DNA of 62,806 nt, the filler included, from Chrysochromulina tobinii (lineage: Eukaryota), in assembly GCA_001275005.1 (NCBI GenBank). It is 7 parts of 7 records of this genome, joined end to end, with 100 filler letters (N's around TTAATTAATTAA, not from the genome) between each part and the next. Parts side by side here need not be neighbours in the genome. Positions count along the whole stretch, not along the records: positions 5,164 to 23,134 come from JWZX01000456.1; 6 more parts are not named here. One strand, written 5' to 3'. Under the pieces are notes generated by a model. The model did no database searches and had not been told where the DNA came from. It saw only the letters and a list, made by a program, of their open reading frames with translations. Position 1 is the stretch's first letter, and each line of letters begins with the position of its first letter. The position numbers and the translations under genes are program-made. Below are positions 10,936-22,396 of the stretch, in pieces.

Positions 10936-11279
10936 TTCAGGTTCTCATGTACACGTGTATCAACTGCTTTAACAACTATTAGGCTCCTACGCTTAACGCT
11001 ACCCAGGTATCTCAGTATCACTCTCTAGTGTATCAACTGCTTTAACATCTAAGGCACCTACAGGTCTCTCACTCTCTCATCCACGCCGACATCCCCTTCA
11101 AATTCCCCCACCGCAATTCAGGGGTCCCGCCGATTGGTAGGGTAGCTTGTTCAGTTACAATTCTCTTCTTCTCTAGGTCGATGAATGCTGTCGTGAGAAC
11201 CGAGAACCAATAAAACATCGCGGCAGGTGTCTGCCTCAGCTGTGTGAGCCACTCCGATCTCCGTTCACAACGCCCACGG

Positions 11280-11537
11280 CTATTCACCAGAGCCGCCACC
11301 CTTGTAGACAACCCACACGTGCTGCATGTCGCGCAAGCCAGCTTCTGCCAACGACTGGTTCAGCCCAAGGAGCGATCCATCCTCCAACCTCACGCCGACG
11401 GGAAAGCCAAGGCAGCGGCCTTGGGCAGCATCGTAGCGTGCGGTGCCGACATTTGCAAGCCATCGCACGGGCTGGAGGCCAGGCTCGCCCACGCTCACGG
11501 CGATAGGTTTGTTGCGCACGTGAACAATGATGTGCAT
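11280..11537 (-). CDS. Small ubiquitin-like-fold protein (Par3/HAL N-terminal-like protist family)
   Basis: MHIIVHVRNKPIAVSVGEPGLQPVRWLANVGTARYD...LRDMQHVWV resembles a conserved small protist family; recognised by eye only. Confidence 0.6.
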   Translation of the reverse strand: MHIIVHVRNKPIAVSVGEPGLQPVRWLANVGTARYDAAQGRCLGFPVGVRLEDGSLLGLNQSLAEAGLRDMQHVWVVYKGGGSGE

Positions 11538-11788
11538 GGACGGTCCTTTGCGGACCCGTTGTGCCTTTCGTCAAACGTGTGAACCCGTTTTTTCTCACGA
11601 GCCAAAAGATTCATTTACAAAAGATTAGCACGAATCAAGCCTTTTCGCTCCTCGATTCGAAGCGTAGCTTGCCCGAACGGCGGTTTTGAATTCAAAGCTC
11701 TTAATTTAATTACGCGACCCGACCATGCCCTCACACAGTCCTCTACCCCCCTTTCGGCTTCCACCGGGGTACCGTGGTTGTCGGTTGG

Positions 11789-12993
11789 CTACGGCAATCC
11801 TTGGTGCCGTGCGCGCTCGGCCACGAGGCGCTCGCGCATCTGCTGCTCGTCAAGCAAGGACGCGTTCACCACGTTACGGAGCAGATGCCGAAGCTGAGTT
11901 GTTTCGAACTCCGCAAAGAGCGCCCTGTGCGCCGCCTGAGCGCCTTTACGCCGCATCTCCGCACGCGACTCCGGTGAAAACCAGGCTTGGTGCGGGCAGC
12001 AAAAGAGATTGGGCGCCTCACTGAGCGGTCCCTCGTCCCTCTTCCAGGGCTCATCCCAGTGCACGTCGAGCGCGGCGGCTCCAACTTGGCCCGACTTGAG
12101 CGCCTCGCCTACGCCAGCGAGGGTCGATGTCGCACGGGGGGATGGTGAGTGAGCGAGCGAGGCGGTGGCAGATGCAAGCAAGGCTCGATTCTGCTTGACA
12201 GGAGCTTACACAGCGCGACCTCATCGATGATCTCGCCACGGGCCGTGTTCACGAGCAGCGCGCCGCGTTTCATCTGGCGGAATGCGTCCGCGTTGAGCAT
12301 CTTCTGGGGGGCGGCGTGTGACTCCTCGGCCGACACACCGGCTGACACGACGTTGGCGTGCAACGACACACAGTCGCTCACCCTTAGCAGCTCCGCCATG
12401 GTTGTCGCACGCCGTATGCCAATCGCCTTATCGGAGCCGTCCTCGCGGTAGGGATCGAAGAAGACGACGTCGAAGCCACAGGCCTTGGCTCGAAGAGCAA
12501 CAGCAGTGCCAATACGACCCAGACCGATGAGGCCGAGCACGGAGCCTCGCACGCGGCGAACGTATGGCACTGCCGCGGCGATGGCGTCGGCGCCTCGCAC
12601 CTCGGCATACTCGTGTAGCAGCCGGGTACCCGCCAGCGCGCCACGGAACAGGCCAAGCGTAAGTGCGATCGCACTATCGGCGACCTCCTCTGTTCCATAG
12701 TCGGGAATGTTGCAGACTGAGATGCCGAGACGGCCGGCCGCTGCAATGTCCACGTTGTCGTACCCAACGCCCATGCGCACGATGGCCACACATCGAGGGA
12801 GGCGCGCCAAGAGCAGCTGGTCAATCCAGATCGTATGCCAGACGGCCACCACAGACGCCTCGCTCAGATCTGAATCGCTGAGCTCCGATGCGGATTTGGC
12901 GCCCAGCATTTTGACGCGCGCCACCTCAGACAGCACCTCGTTCTCGATCGCGTCGTCATGCGCGTCGAGGCAAACGTAGAGGGGCTTGTACAT
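11789..12993 (-). CDS. CtBP-like D-isomer-specific 2-hydroxyacid dehydrogenase; intron 12109-12209
   Basis: RMGVGYDNVD, CNIPDYGTEEVAD, GLGRIG, VNTARG, LDVHWDEP, PHQAWFSPESRAEMR. A GTAAG...TAG intron joins VALC-EALKSG. Confidence 0.9.
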
Positions 12994-13479
12994 AAGGACG
13001 CGCTATAGAAGAGGCGTCCATCATCGGAAGATTCGGGCCTCGTCAAGATTCGTGTCGTCTCGTCAAAGTTCGATTCGTACGACGAATATTCATGTTCGCG
13101 TTTATTTGCCTTGCCCTTGGCGCTTGGGTTCGGCTGGGGCTGCCGAAAAGCGAATCGAATACGAATTGCAATTTGCATTTAAAACGCTCCAGAGACGTGC
13201 GCGGTGATAATTAGAAGTTTCCCGCCCTTGACCGGGTCGGGGTCGCGGACGTGTTTTCACGTGTACGTTGATCTATCATGTGCATTCTGCTCAGTCTCAG
13301 AAGTGAATTCGCGCGCGGTTCGCGCGCCGTGGCGACGCTCACATAACGCTCACAAGACACAACAGCCAACGCTTACGTGTGTAACGTGTAATGGCTATGC
13401 TCTGCGGTGTACGGAGTACGCGGCCTTTGAAGGGCTAGGCACATCTGTACTCGACGGTGCAATTCGATAAATTCAAGGG

Positions 13480-16400
13480 TTAGGCCTCGTTGGAGTATAG
13501 GAATTTGAGGGTTCGCGGTGATATGAGATCCTCCTTGAAATTCGTGGCGTTGGGCGCCTTCTCCCCGACCTTGTCCGCGGCGAGCGCGCGCAGAGCGTCG
13601 AGGCCGTCCACGTCGACGGCCAAGCTGCCGACGAGCTCCTCGTTTTCGTCGCGCAGCGATACCAGGATCGGCGTGCCGTCCGTGGTGGCCTTGTAGGCGC
13701 CTTCCCCAGCCGCCGCGGCGTTGGCGCGCCCGGCGGCATGGACGGCAGCGTTGCCGGTGGCGGCGATGAGGTCGGCGAGGCCCACACGCGCTGAGCCGAC
13801 GGGGCGGCGCTCCACAGCAACTGCGTCCGGTGTGGTGACGTACAGGTGGAAGCTGAGCGCCGCGCCGGCGCCGCTGCCGCTGCGCTTGAGTGCCCGTTGC
13901 AGCGCCACGCGCACCGGCGAACCAACGGCAAAGATGAGGCAGCCTCTCAAGCCCATCGAGATGATGCCGCCGCCCAGGCCGCCGCCGAGGCTGCCGCCCG
14001 CGGCGGCGGCTGCCGCGCCGCTGCTGCGCGGTAGCTTGTGCTTTGGCGAGCTGAGCATCGTCTGCGCTGAGGACTCGATGAGTCGCCCCTCGATCTCCAC
14101 ACGCACCTCGATCCACACGATGCTCACATCTCGCGTGAGCTCGCGCGATGTGAACGCGGGCGAGAGGGCAAGGCCCTCAGCGCCCACCCACAGCTCCGCT
14201 TGCGCCGCCGTGCGCGCGAGCATGGCGCGGCGTGCACGCTGCACCGCGTCCTTGGCGAGCAGCGTAACGTGTAGCTGCCCCGCGAGCTCGCCCCCCTCGT
14301 CTCGCAGGTCGAGCGGCTCGGTGAGTGGCTCGTACCCCTCCCTGAGGATCCGGCGGAGGCTGACGACGCACGTGCCGAGCAGGCACCGGCTGCTCTCCTG
14401 TGGCACGGCCGCACGGCTCGCCTCGCGCTCTGCCGCCTCCACATCCTCGAGGTCGGCGAGCGCCTGGGCCTCGTCCAGCGCGCTGATGTGCCCATGGCCG
14501 CCGCTCGCCGAGTCCGATGCCCCGTCGGGAGCAGCCGCGGAATGCGTGATGGTGCCTCCAGGACTCATCCGGAGCCGGCGTGGCTTGGGCGGTGGCGCAC
14601 TCGAGCCGCGCGGCATCGCGGTGCAATAGACGCTAAATCGCACCTCGGACGCTGCCGCTGGCGCACGCGGGTCCAGCACTGCTGCGAGCCTGCGCTGTGC
14701 CGCCGAGGCATCCGCCACGAAGAGCAGCTCACGCAGCTCGAAGTCGACACGGCCGGTGGCGGCCGGGCGCGAGGCCGAGCGCAGCAGCGTCCCAAAGGCG
14801 CGTCGCAGGTCGACCTCGAGCCAGGCCGACGTGGGGAAGAGGCCCGCGAGCGTGCGCGAGGCGTAGACGAGCAAGCACCCCTCGCCCGCACCCACCGCGA
14901 CCGCGGCGCCGCTCTGCCCGATGCCGGGCACGCCGCTGCCCATCCCAAGGAGCGAAGGGTTCGTCAGAAGCGGAGTGGCCACTCCCCGCAGCGCATCGAC
15001 CGCACGCTTGAAGGTGATCGAGGCGTCGATCTCGGCAACGAGGCTGCCGTTACGGGGCGAGCGCAGCCGGAGGGGCGCTGACACGACGTCCGCACCGCCG
15101 CTCATCTCGAGTATCTCGAGGAGCGAGAGGCGGAGCGACGCCACGACGGCATGGCCGTTGCGCCCAGCGCCACGCAGCTCGAGCAGCACGCCCGTGCCCG
15201 CGCCCACCGGGCCGGTAACGTCGGCGCTGCCACCGTCGCGTCCCTCGCGCGGCGTCGCGCGGCGCTGTGGGCTGACCATATTCACATGCTGTGGGCTGCT
15301 GTTGGGGCTGGCACCAGCACCCGCCCGTCCTCCTCGCTCGGCGAGCTGACCATATTCACGTGCCGTGCCGCCGGCGGCGATGACCGCAAGCCCTTTGACC
15401 AAGTGCGCTCGCAGCGTGTCGAAGGGCTCGGAGCCAGGGCCGTAGAGCTCGACAAGGGCGAGGGCACTGAGCGGTAGCCGCGAGCTCCATGCCATCGCTG
15501 CCGAGGCGGAGGCGCCGCGACCGAGGACCGCCTCGGACGCCGCACGCCACGAGTTGCGGCCGACCGTGGTACGCGAGGGCGTTCCCGGCGCACTGCCCCG
15601 GCCGTCGGCCCCGGACCCAAGGGTGGAGAGGTTGATCGAGGCACCTTCCACCCGGGTGGAGGCCGACGGCGGCGGCGCGATCGGCGTAGCCGAGCGCACG
15701 AGCTCCGCGACGCGGAATGTCTCCGAGCAGCAAGGCTGTGCCAACCCGGGCATCGAGATGGCGATCCAGGCTGTGTGCATCTCGGCGAGCTCCGGCGGCG
15801 GCAAGAGCTGCGACGGCAGCGGCGCTACCGCCGCCGCCGCCGCCGTGGCGCCCATAACGGCGCCCACGGCTCCTCCTCCGCCCATCCCAACGGTCGGTGG
15901 CGGCCCTCGGAGCGGCAATCGGATCGAATGGACTTCACAACAGACTTGTGGCTCGTTGGCGCGCTGCGTTGGCGGCGGCGCGCTCATGGCCGGCAGCTCG
16001 CGCAGCAGCACCTTTGCGGACAGCCAAAGGCTCGCACTCGCGTATCCCTTGGATGACTGCGGTGGCTGAGAAGGCGGACCGCCGGCTGCTACGGCGGAGG
16101 AAGAACCGTCGGCTGCGGGGGATTCTCGGAGGCTGATCTCCAGGGGCTCAGGGGCGGCAGCGAGGAGTGCAGTGAGCGAAACCGTAGCGCTCGCAAGCGA
16201 GATCACGCCCCCGCGCCCGATGCCAGTGAGACGGACTGTGAATGCCACATCCGTCGGCGCGCGCATGGAGACCAGCCGCGGGGGCGCTCGCTCGCCGCCT
16301 GCGTAGGCTGATGCACTCGACATCGCTGGACGGAAAGAGACCGGAAGGCGTGTGGAGGTCACCGGCACCGGCGGCGGCAGCAGCGTGCGGCTCGAGCCGA

Positions 16401-18660
16401 GGGCGGCACCGGCGGCAGCAGGATCCGTGCGGACGGACCGACCAAATGTGCCAGCAGTGACGCCGCCTGACGCGGGACCTGACGCGGGACCTGACGCGGC
16501 GGTCGACGCGGCGGCCGACGCGGGGGCGGAGTAGATGGCCGACAGGAGGGCTTGCTCCTTGACGCGGCTTGCCTCCTTGGCCACTCGAACGCACCGGACC
16601 GCATACGAGGGATCGTAGATGGGCACGAGTGCGCTGTGGTCGAGCGCGGTACGCCGCCCGGGCGGCGGCTTGCGCAGTCGTGGGGAGAGCGCCGCTCCCT
16701 CCGAGAGGCCGGTCACGTCGATGGCGATCTGCAGGCGGCCGACACGCGCGTCGTCGCACACCGTCGCCGCCACCTCAAGGCTCTGCATCAGAAGCTCGAG
16801 GCGCACGGGGAGCTTTGGCACCCCCACGTCCGCCGCCGCGTCATCAAGAGCCACGACAGGCAGCGCCGTACTGAGCGGTAGCGGCGGCACAGCGGCGGCG
16901 CGCGCCTCTCGCGCGGCGCGGCGCTGCGCGACGGTAGACTGTTCGTCGGCGGGTGCCGCCGACGGAGCGCCATCGTGAGCACCTGCCGACGGAGCGCCAT
17001 CTGATTCCGAAAGGGGCGCCGCCGCGGGCGCGACCCCCGTCAACCGCGCCGCTGCCTTAAAGAGCTTCTGAAGCGTCTCGACGGCTGTGAGTGTGAGCAC
17101 CACAGCTGCGAGCGGTCGGCCGTTGCTCGCGTACATTTGGAGGGGCGCACGCCGCAGGTCTGCGTTGCGCCGGAGCAGCTGCGGCAGCGCGACCGACGCC
17201 TCGCACAGCACTACCGGCGTGCTCTTGGCACCCTGTTCCGATCCAAACAGGGTGAGCCGCATGCACGCGCTCGTCGGCACGTTCGAGCGGAGCGCGTACG
17301 CGAGGGCGCGCGCGCCCTCGCCCTTCGGGCTCAGCTCGATTGGGTTGAGGCTCAGCGGCGAGCGGAGGGGCAGCTCGATCGTCGAGCCGAGCGCGCCGGG
17401 CTGTGGGGGCAAAGTCACCCGCTCGGTGCTCGCCGGCTGCGGCAGCAGCGCCGCCGGCGCGAGCGCCACCTCCACCCACAGCCGCAGCAGCCCCTGCTCC
17501 TGCAGCTCGAGCCGCACGGACTCGTCCAGACGCAAGGCATGCAGGTCGACAGCGAGGCGCAGCGGCTCGGCTGGAAGGCCTACACCATCGGCGACCCAGT
17601 TGAGCGCGGCCTGGGTGGGTTCACCCGCCGCGGCGGGCGAAGAGAGCGCAGTAGCGGGCGGAGAGAGCGCGGTAGCGGCAGCATCAGAGGCTGCTCCCGG
17701 CGCTGCAACGGGCGCGGGTGCGGCCGCTTTGGCGGTCGCTCGGGCCACGGACGCGCTGCCACGCGCGGGTGTGGCACGCGCGGGTGTGGCACGCGCGGGT
17801 GTGCCCCCCTCGTCCGCAGGCGGCGTGGCCGCTGTGGCAGGAGCCTCGGCGGCGGCCACCGGCGCGTTGGTCGGGGCGGCAACGCTCACGGCGTCCGCGT
17901 CGGTCGCGCCATCGCAAGCACCGGTCACGAAAGAAGCCCCCAACTCAGCGGGCAGCTCGTCCAGGGTTTCGACTGGCGCGTCGGCGAGCCCTTGCAGAGG
18001 AGCCGCGTCGGCGGCGGACGGCGCGACGCTTGGCGGCGCTGCACCGGCCTCGTCGGCCCGCACTGCAGCAGCAGCAGCCTCCGCGGGCGTTGGCTCGGCT
18101 GCAGCGGTGGCCACCGCTGCCGCTGACCGTGTGGTCGCCCCCCGGGCCGTCGCCGGCTTGGCGCTCGCCGGTCGAGCAGCAGCAGCGGACGCCGTCGCCT
18201 TGGCAGGTGAAGCCACGGCGGAGGCGGGCGCAGTGGCATTGGTAACAGCAGCCGTGGCAGGTGCCGCCTCGACTGCACTGTCTCGCGGAGATGCTACGAC
18301 GACGGCGGTGGCGGTGGCGGTGGCGGTGGTTGGTCGAGCTGCCGCGGTTGCAGCAGAAGCAGGGCGCGTAGCGGCGGTGGCGGTGGCGGTTGCAGTGGCG
18401 GGCGTGGTGTCAGCGTTCGCTCGTGGAGATGCTACGGCGGTGGACGGTCGTGCTGCTGCTGCTGCTGGGCGTGCGGCGGCGGTGGCGGTAGGTTTGGCGG
18501 AGGCTGTGGCTGTCGCCACAGCAGGCCGAGCGGCGGGTGCAATAGTGGTGGCGGCTGCGGCGGGTCGAGCCACAACTGCCGCTGCTGCGGGTCGGGCGAC
18601 AACTACCGCTGCGGGTCGGGCGGAGGCTGCGGCCACTGCTCGATTGGACTGTTCGGCCAT
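13480..18660 (-). CDS. Large Ala-rich protein with several divergent C2-like beta-sandwich domains
   Basis: 1726-aa ATG ORF; N-terminal AARPA repeats; repeated motif (G/A)xAxVxLxxLL...LxLRD...(G/A)xLxVxL typical of C2-domain C-termini. Confidence 0.7.
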   Translation of the reverse strand: MAEQSNRAVAAASARPAAVVVARPAAAAVVARPAAAATTIAPAARPAVATATASAKPTATAAARPAAAAARPSTAVASPRANADTTPATATATATAATRPASAATAAARPTTATATATAVVVASPRDSAVEAAPATAAVTNATAPASAVASPAKATASAAAARPASAKPATARGATTRSAAAVATAAAEPTPAEAAAAAVRADEAGAAPPSVAPSAADAAPLQGLADAPVETLDELPAELGASFVTGACDGATDADAVSVAAPTNAPVAAAEAPATAATPPADEGGTPARATPARATPARGSASVARATAKAAAPAPVAAPGAASDAAATALSPPATALSSPAAAGEPTQAALNWVADGVGLPAEPLRLAVDLHALRLDESVRLELQEQGLLRLWVEVALAPAALLPQPASTERVTLPPQPGALGSTIELPLRSPLSLNPIELSPKGEGARALAYALRSNVPTSACMRLTLFGSEQGAKSTPVVLCEASVALPQLLRRNADLRRAPLQMYASNGRPLAAVVLTLTAVETLQKLFKAAARLTGVAPAAAPLSESDGAPSAGAHDGAPSAAPADEQSTVAQRRAAREARAAAVPPLPLSTALPVVALDDAAADVGVPKLPVRLELLMQSLEVAATVCDDARVGRLQIAIDVTGLSEGAALSPRLRKPPPGRRTALDHSALVPIYDPSYAVRCVRVAKEASRVKEQALLSAIYSAPASAAASTAASGPASGPASGGVTAGTFGRSVRTDPAAAGAALGSSRTLLPPPVPVTSTRLPVSFRPAMSSASAYAGGERAPPRLVSMRAPTDVAFTVRLTGIGRGGVISLASATVSLTALLAAAPEPLEISLRESPAADGSSSAVAAGGPPSQPPQSSKGYASASLWLSAKVLLRELPAMSAPPPTQRANEPQVCCEVHSIRLPLRGPPPTVGMGGGGAVGAVMGATAAAAAVAPLPSQLLPPPELAEMHTAWIAISMPGLAQPCCSETFRVAELVRSATPIAPPPSASTRVEGASINLSTLGSGADGRGSAPGTPSRTTVGRNSWRAASEAVLGRGASASAAMAWSSRLPLSALALVELYGPGSEPFDTLRAHLVKGLAVIAAGGTAREYGQLAERGGRAGAGASPNSSPQHVNMVSPQRRATPREGRDGGSADVTGPVGAGTGVLLELRGAGRNGHAVVASLRLSLLEILEMSGGADVVSAPLRLRSPRNGSLVAEIDASITFKRAVDALRGVATPLLTNPSLLGMGSGVPGIGQSGAAVAVGAGEGCLLVYASRTLAGLFPTSAWLEVDLRRAFGTLLRSASRPAATGRVDFELRELLFVADASAAQRRLAAVLDPRAPAAASEVRFSVYCTAMPRGSSAPPPKPRRLRMSPGGTITHSAAAPDGASDSASGGHGHISALDEAQALADLEDVEAAEREASRAAVPQESSRCLLGTCVVSLRRILREGYEPLTEPLDLRDEGGELAGQLHVTLLAKDAVQRARRAMLARTAAQAELWVGAEGLALSPAFTSRELTRDVSIVWIEVRVEIEGRLIESSAQTMLSSPKHKLPRSSGAAAAAAGGSLGGGLGGGIISMGLRGCLIFAVGSPVRVALQRALKRSGSGAGAALSFHLYVTTPDAVAVERRPVGSARVGLADLIAATGNAAVHAAGRANAAAAGEGAYKATTDGTPILVSLRDENEELVGSLAVDVDGLDALRALAADKVGEKAPNATNFKEDLISPRTLKFLYSNEA

Positions 18661-18823
18661 GACGGGTGGGAGAGGTGCACAAAGTGCGCGTTGTTCATGG
18701 AAAACACTCCGAGAACAGCACGCTCACACAGCACACCTCTTCCTGCTACATGTATCGACGGTAATTTTCACACTTCGTATTCTGCGGACTTCGCGCACGG
18801 TTGCACCATCGGCCTGCACTCGG

Positions 18824-19693
18824 ATGCTTGTGCAGCAGCAATCCATTCCAGCGCAGCAGCGATACATGCCTATGCAGTACATCCCCATGCAATACATGCC
18901 TATGCATCAGCAATACATGGCACAAAGCTACATGATGCCGCCGCAATACGTCCAGCCAATCATGGTCCCTCATCCGATGATGATGCAGCAGCCTGTGATG
19001 GTGCGCCACGTGATGCAGCAACCCGTTACCATGCAGCGTGTGGTCCAACGTGTCGTACCGTTCCACGAGTACTATTCAGAATCGGACAAGCCGAGGCTTC
19101 GGCAAATCGCGGCTGCGCAGCGGCGCGCCAACAGGCCACCGCCGTCGTCCGCAAGGCCATCGATGGGCACCTCCACCGCCGTGCGCGTAGCAGGCGGTTA
19201 CAAGGTGTTTACAAACGAGGGTGGCGAGGCGAATACAGAGCTGCATATAGGCCGTTTCGCGAACCCACACCACGAGGACGACGATATGAGCTCCGTGGCT
19301 GAGCCGCGCCGTGGCAGCAAGTCAAGCTACTACGAGTCATCTTCGTCGAAGCGGCAGCTCTGCCGCAGCAGCAGTAGTAGCACCTACGACCTCAACGGGC
19401 GCGCGTACCTCGTACCACCTCGTGCCTCCTCCTATCTCGAGGCAATGCACGGGCGCCCGCGTTCAGCCATGCCCTTAAGCCGCGACGCCTCGACACATGA
19501 GTTCGCGAGCCGCTCCTCATTGCAGCCAAGCTGCGGCTCGTTGAGCGGCTCGCGATCTACGAGCGCCCTGCACGAGAGCGTGCGGGTGAGTGCGTCCCCC
19601 GGCTTCCACGGAGAGCACTTTGAACGCATGAGCACGGAGGAACTCGCTGGCCTGATCAGCTCGGCAGCGAGGAGCCTCGCTCAGCGCCCATAG
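18824..19693 (+). CDS. Hypothetical protein with Gln/Met/Pro/Tyr-rich N-terminus
   Basis: ATG at 18824 is in frame with the end of the long + ORF; QYMPM repeats; divergent from the 18660 gene. Confidence 0.6.
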   Translation: MLVQQQSIPAQQRYMPMQYIPMQYMPMHQQYMAQSYMMPPQYVQPIMVPHPMMMQQPVMVRHVMQQPVTMQRVVQRVVPFHEYYSESDKPRLRQIAAAQRRANRPPPSSARPSMGTSTAVRVAGGYKVFTNEGGEANTELHIGRFANPHHEDDDMSSVAEPRRGSKSSYYESSSSKRQLCRSSSSSTYDLNGRAYLVPPRASSYLEAMHGRPRSAMPLSRDASTHEFASRSSLQPSCGSLSGSRSTSALHESVRVSASPGFHGEHFERMSTEELAGLISSAARSLAQRP

Positions 19694-20103
19694 GCGTTCA
19701 TAGGCGTAGCACTTCGGTAGGCTCTCTGCACGGTCAAGGCCAGCTACCTACCTGTAGACGGCCGGCCGCATCGATGCCGTCGAGGCCGCACGCGCTGTGC
19801 CGGAGCTGCTCAATGAGAGAGGAGAGGGGCCTGTGACGAAGCCACTCACTCGTGCCCGCGCGTGCGGCCACGTCCCAGAGCCGACGAAGCGAGCTCGGCT
19901 GCTCGTGGCATCACTCTGAGCGCTGCCGGTACACCCTCGAGGCCCGACCGTCATGGTGGAGATGGTTTCGGTTCCGTGTATCGCTCTACTATTATCGACT
20001 TTAACGGCTAATTGTCCTGGCCGTCGTGCGCCGTGGTTATGTCACAAATAAGGACCACGCGTGCACACGAAACTCGAAAGTTCGTCAACCACGATATTGG
20101 AGA

Positions 20104-21465
20104 TTACAACACGCTCGAGGCTAGCCTCGCTGTCGCTCGCTCGAGCTGCGCCCACGCGACGATCTCTTTGCGATTGGCTAGGGTCGCAACTTGCACGACG
20201 GCGTCCCAATCCCATGGACAGCCTTGCTCATACGCCCATCGCAGCACCTCGCAATGCCCCGTCAACGCGGCTGCCTCACCCAACTCTTCGCTCCACGGAT
20301 GCCCTTCGCTGCGCAGCTTCTGTAGCAGCTCCAAGTCGCCACGCCTAGCGGCCTGAGTGCACGGAGTAAAGTCTGCGCACGTTGTCGGCACGCGCGGCCT
20401 GAGGTAGTCTTGCGAAGTCATGTAGAGAACGTCCGATCGCCCAGAGAACGGCAGCCGAGCACGCCGCATTCGAGGATCCTTGTCCATCAGGTAGGCCACG
20501 AAGGCGCCGAACTCGCGCGAGCTAGAGTGCCCTCCACTGGAGACTCTAGTGGAGCGCCGAGGACGCTTGTGTGACAATTTCGTGAACGCACAGCATGGGA
20601 TGACGGCGAACGGTTTGGAGCTCGCCAATGCAGCGTCGACAATCGGTTCGGTCACCTCATCGGGATGCAGGCCTACGAGCGCTGCACTGTCGGCCACGAG
20701 GGACGCATCGTGCTCGAGCGCCGACTCGAAGCTTTGGCGCACGATGAGGAGCTGATCTGAACTTGAGACGCGCATGTCCATATTCGGCACGTCCACATGA
20801 GCCGAGTCTTGCTCTGGGTGCCCCGCGTTTGCTCGGCCTGTCACAGCGTAAGGGTCGATCAACGCACAGCGGATTCCAAGATCGTTCAGCGCGGCTGAAA
20901 GCTGCCCCTGGCCGCCAGCGACGTCGAGCACACGGCCTCCTTCCTCGGCGGTGGCGAGCAACTGGTCCACTATGAACCTTGCGAAGTCGGCATGGCGCTC
21001 GTCAGCACGGTGCTTGGGCTGCTTCGACAGTAGAGGCGGTGCTGCGAAGAGCGGCTGCGCGACGCGGTCGGGCGCCGCCGCGTCGGGCGCGCTGAGAATG
21101 TACACGAAGGCGGCATAGCCCTCATCGGCCAAGCCGCCGAAGCGCAGCAGGTCGCGGTCTGCGAGTTGCACCGGCGGCTGCACGTGTGTCTGCCATGGTA
21201 GAGCGACATGATAGAGTGCAATGCCGTTGACAAACGTGCTATAGCCCTTGCCGACAAGCACGAGGGTGAGCGCGCCCGCCTCGCCGACACGGATTACAGC
21301 GTGCTGGCGATGTATGCGCGGCTCACCCTTGTGCTGCGGGTCGAGCAGCGTGAGCGCGCAGTGAGGCGCGCGGCCGATTGCAAAGACCTCGCCTGGCACC
21401 GATGGCAACTCGACGGCCTCTTCGTGGACGAGCGCGCCGTTGCGCAGCGGCACAAGTCGCGGCAT
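20104..21465 (-). CDS. FHA domain + SAM-dependent methyltransferase-like domain + ankyrin-like GCPW repeats
   Basis: FAIGRAPHC...IHRQHA...STFVNG (FHA); VLDVAGGQGQLS and LVGLHPDEVTEPIVDAAL...PFAVIPCC (MTase-like); LRSEGHPW and AYEQGCPWD repeats. Confidence 0.8.
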   Translation of the reverse strand: MPRLVPLRNGALVHEEAVELPSVPGEVFAIGRAPHCALTLLDPQHKGEPRIHRQHAVIRVGEAGALTLVLVGKGYSTFVNGIALYHVALPWQTHVQPPVQLADRDLLRFGGLADEGYAAFVYILSAPDAAAPDRVAQPLFAAPPLLSKQPKHRADERHADFARFIVDQLLATAEEGGRVLDVAGGQGQLSAALNDLGIRCALIDPYAVTGRANAGHPEQDSAHVDVPNMDMRVSSSDQLLIVRQSFESALEHDASLVADSAALVGLHPDEVTEPIVDAALASSKPFAVIPCCAFTKLSHKRPRRSTRVSSGGHSSSREFGAFVAYLMDKDPRMRRARLPFSGRSDVLYMTSQDYLRPRVPTTCADFTPCTQAARRGDLELLQKLRSEGHPWSEELGEAAALTGHCEVLRWAYEQGCPWDWDAVVQVATLANRKEIVAWAQLERATARLASSVL

Positions 21466-22396
21466 GGCGCGTGCAAGGCTCCAAAGGCAGGTTTGTGAAC
21501 ATGAGGAGGACGTCGCACGCGCCGCGCATCGAGACGGCGCCTAGCCCATCTATACACCCCGCCCATATACTCGATGCGCCCACGACGGCCCCCTTGTATG
21601 CCCACGATACGCCCACGACGGCGCCACGCAGCACGCATACGCCCACGACGGCGCCATGAACACGCGCACGAGCATCTCTCGACGTCTCGAGGGCGTGCGA
21701 TGGTCGTCGACCCCATGCGTGCGCTGCAGGCGCCAAACTGCGTGCGGCTGCAGCTGATTCGTTGCGGGCGCCACTCTGGCTCTTGGAATCTTGGCGTCGC
21801 TGTGGAGACATGTGGAGAAAGTTTCCATCTGTGGTTCACGTCAATTGAAGATATGGAATCGTAATTAGCAAACAAGGCTACTCTCTTTCCTGACGAGCAA
21901 ACATCTCGTCTTCCCACAGCCCGCGGAAGCAGAAGTGCGTCCACAAGTGTCCTGTGGGGTGCTTCACTTCCGTGTGGTGGTTACAAAAAGTTGGGAAACC
22001 TCAGGGGGGGGCGTTGCCCCCCCCGGGAGGGGGGGCCGGCCCCCCCCGGGAGGGGGGGAGCACTTAGGCCACGTGTTTAGGGGCCAGCTCTCTTTCCGAT
22101 ATCCGGGGCCGCCTGAGCGGTAAAGTGGGGGAATCTGGCTAGATTCCTGACATGTCCAGGAAAATGAGATTTTCCTGGATGTCCGGGGTCCAGGGGGCTG
22201 GGCCGTTCCAGCCACGGTCAGGGTGACCCAGTGTATGTTGAAACGGACTTTTCGAGTGGGACGCGATGAGGACCGCGACCCTTTCAAACCCCGCCCCCAC
22301 GAAGGCAAAACAGTGGTTTCGAACCGGGTAAAACCCGGTTTACCTGAACTTTTTCACGCGAAACCCGGGTAAACCTGGACCGTACCTGGGTGAGCG

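Noticed and set aside
17087..18823. N-terminal 579 aa of the 868-aa + strand ORF
   Set aside because: It is the antisense shadow of the Ala-rich 13480-18660 gene; only the part from ATG 18824 is retained.
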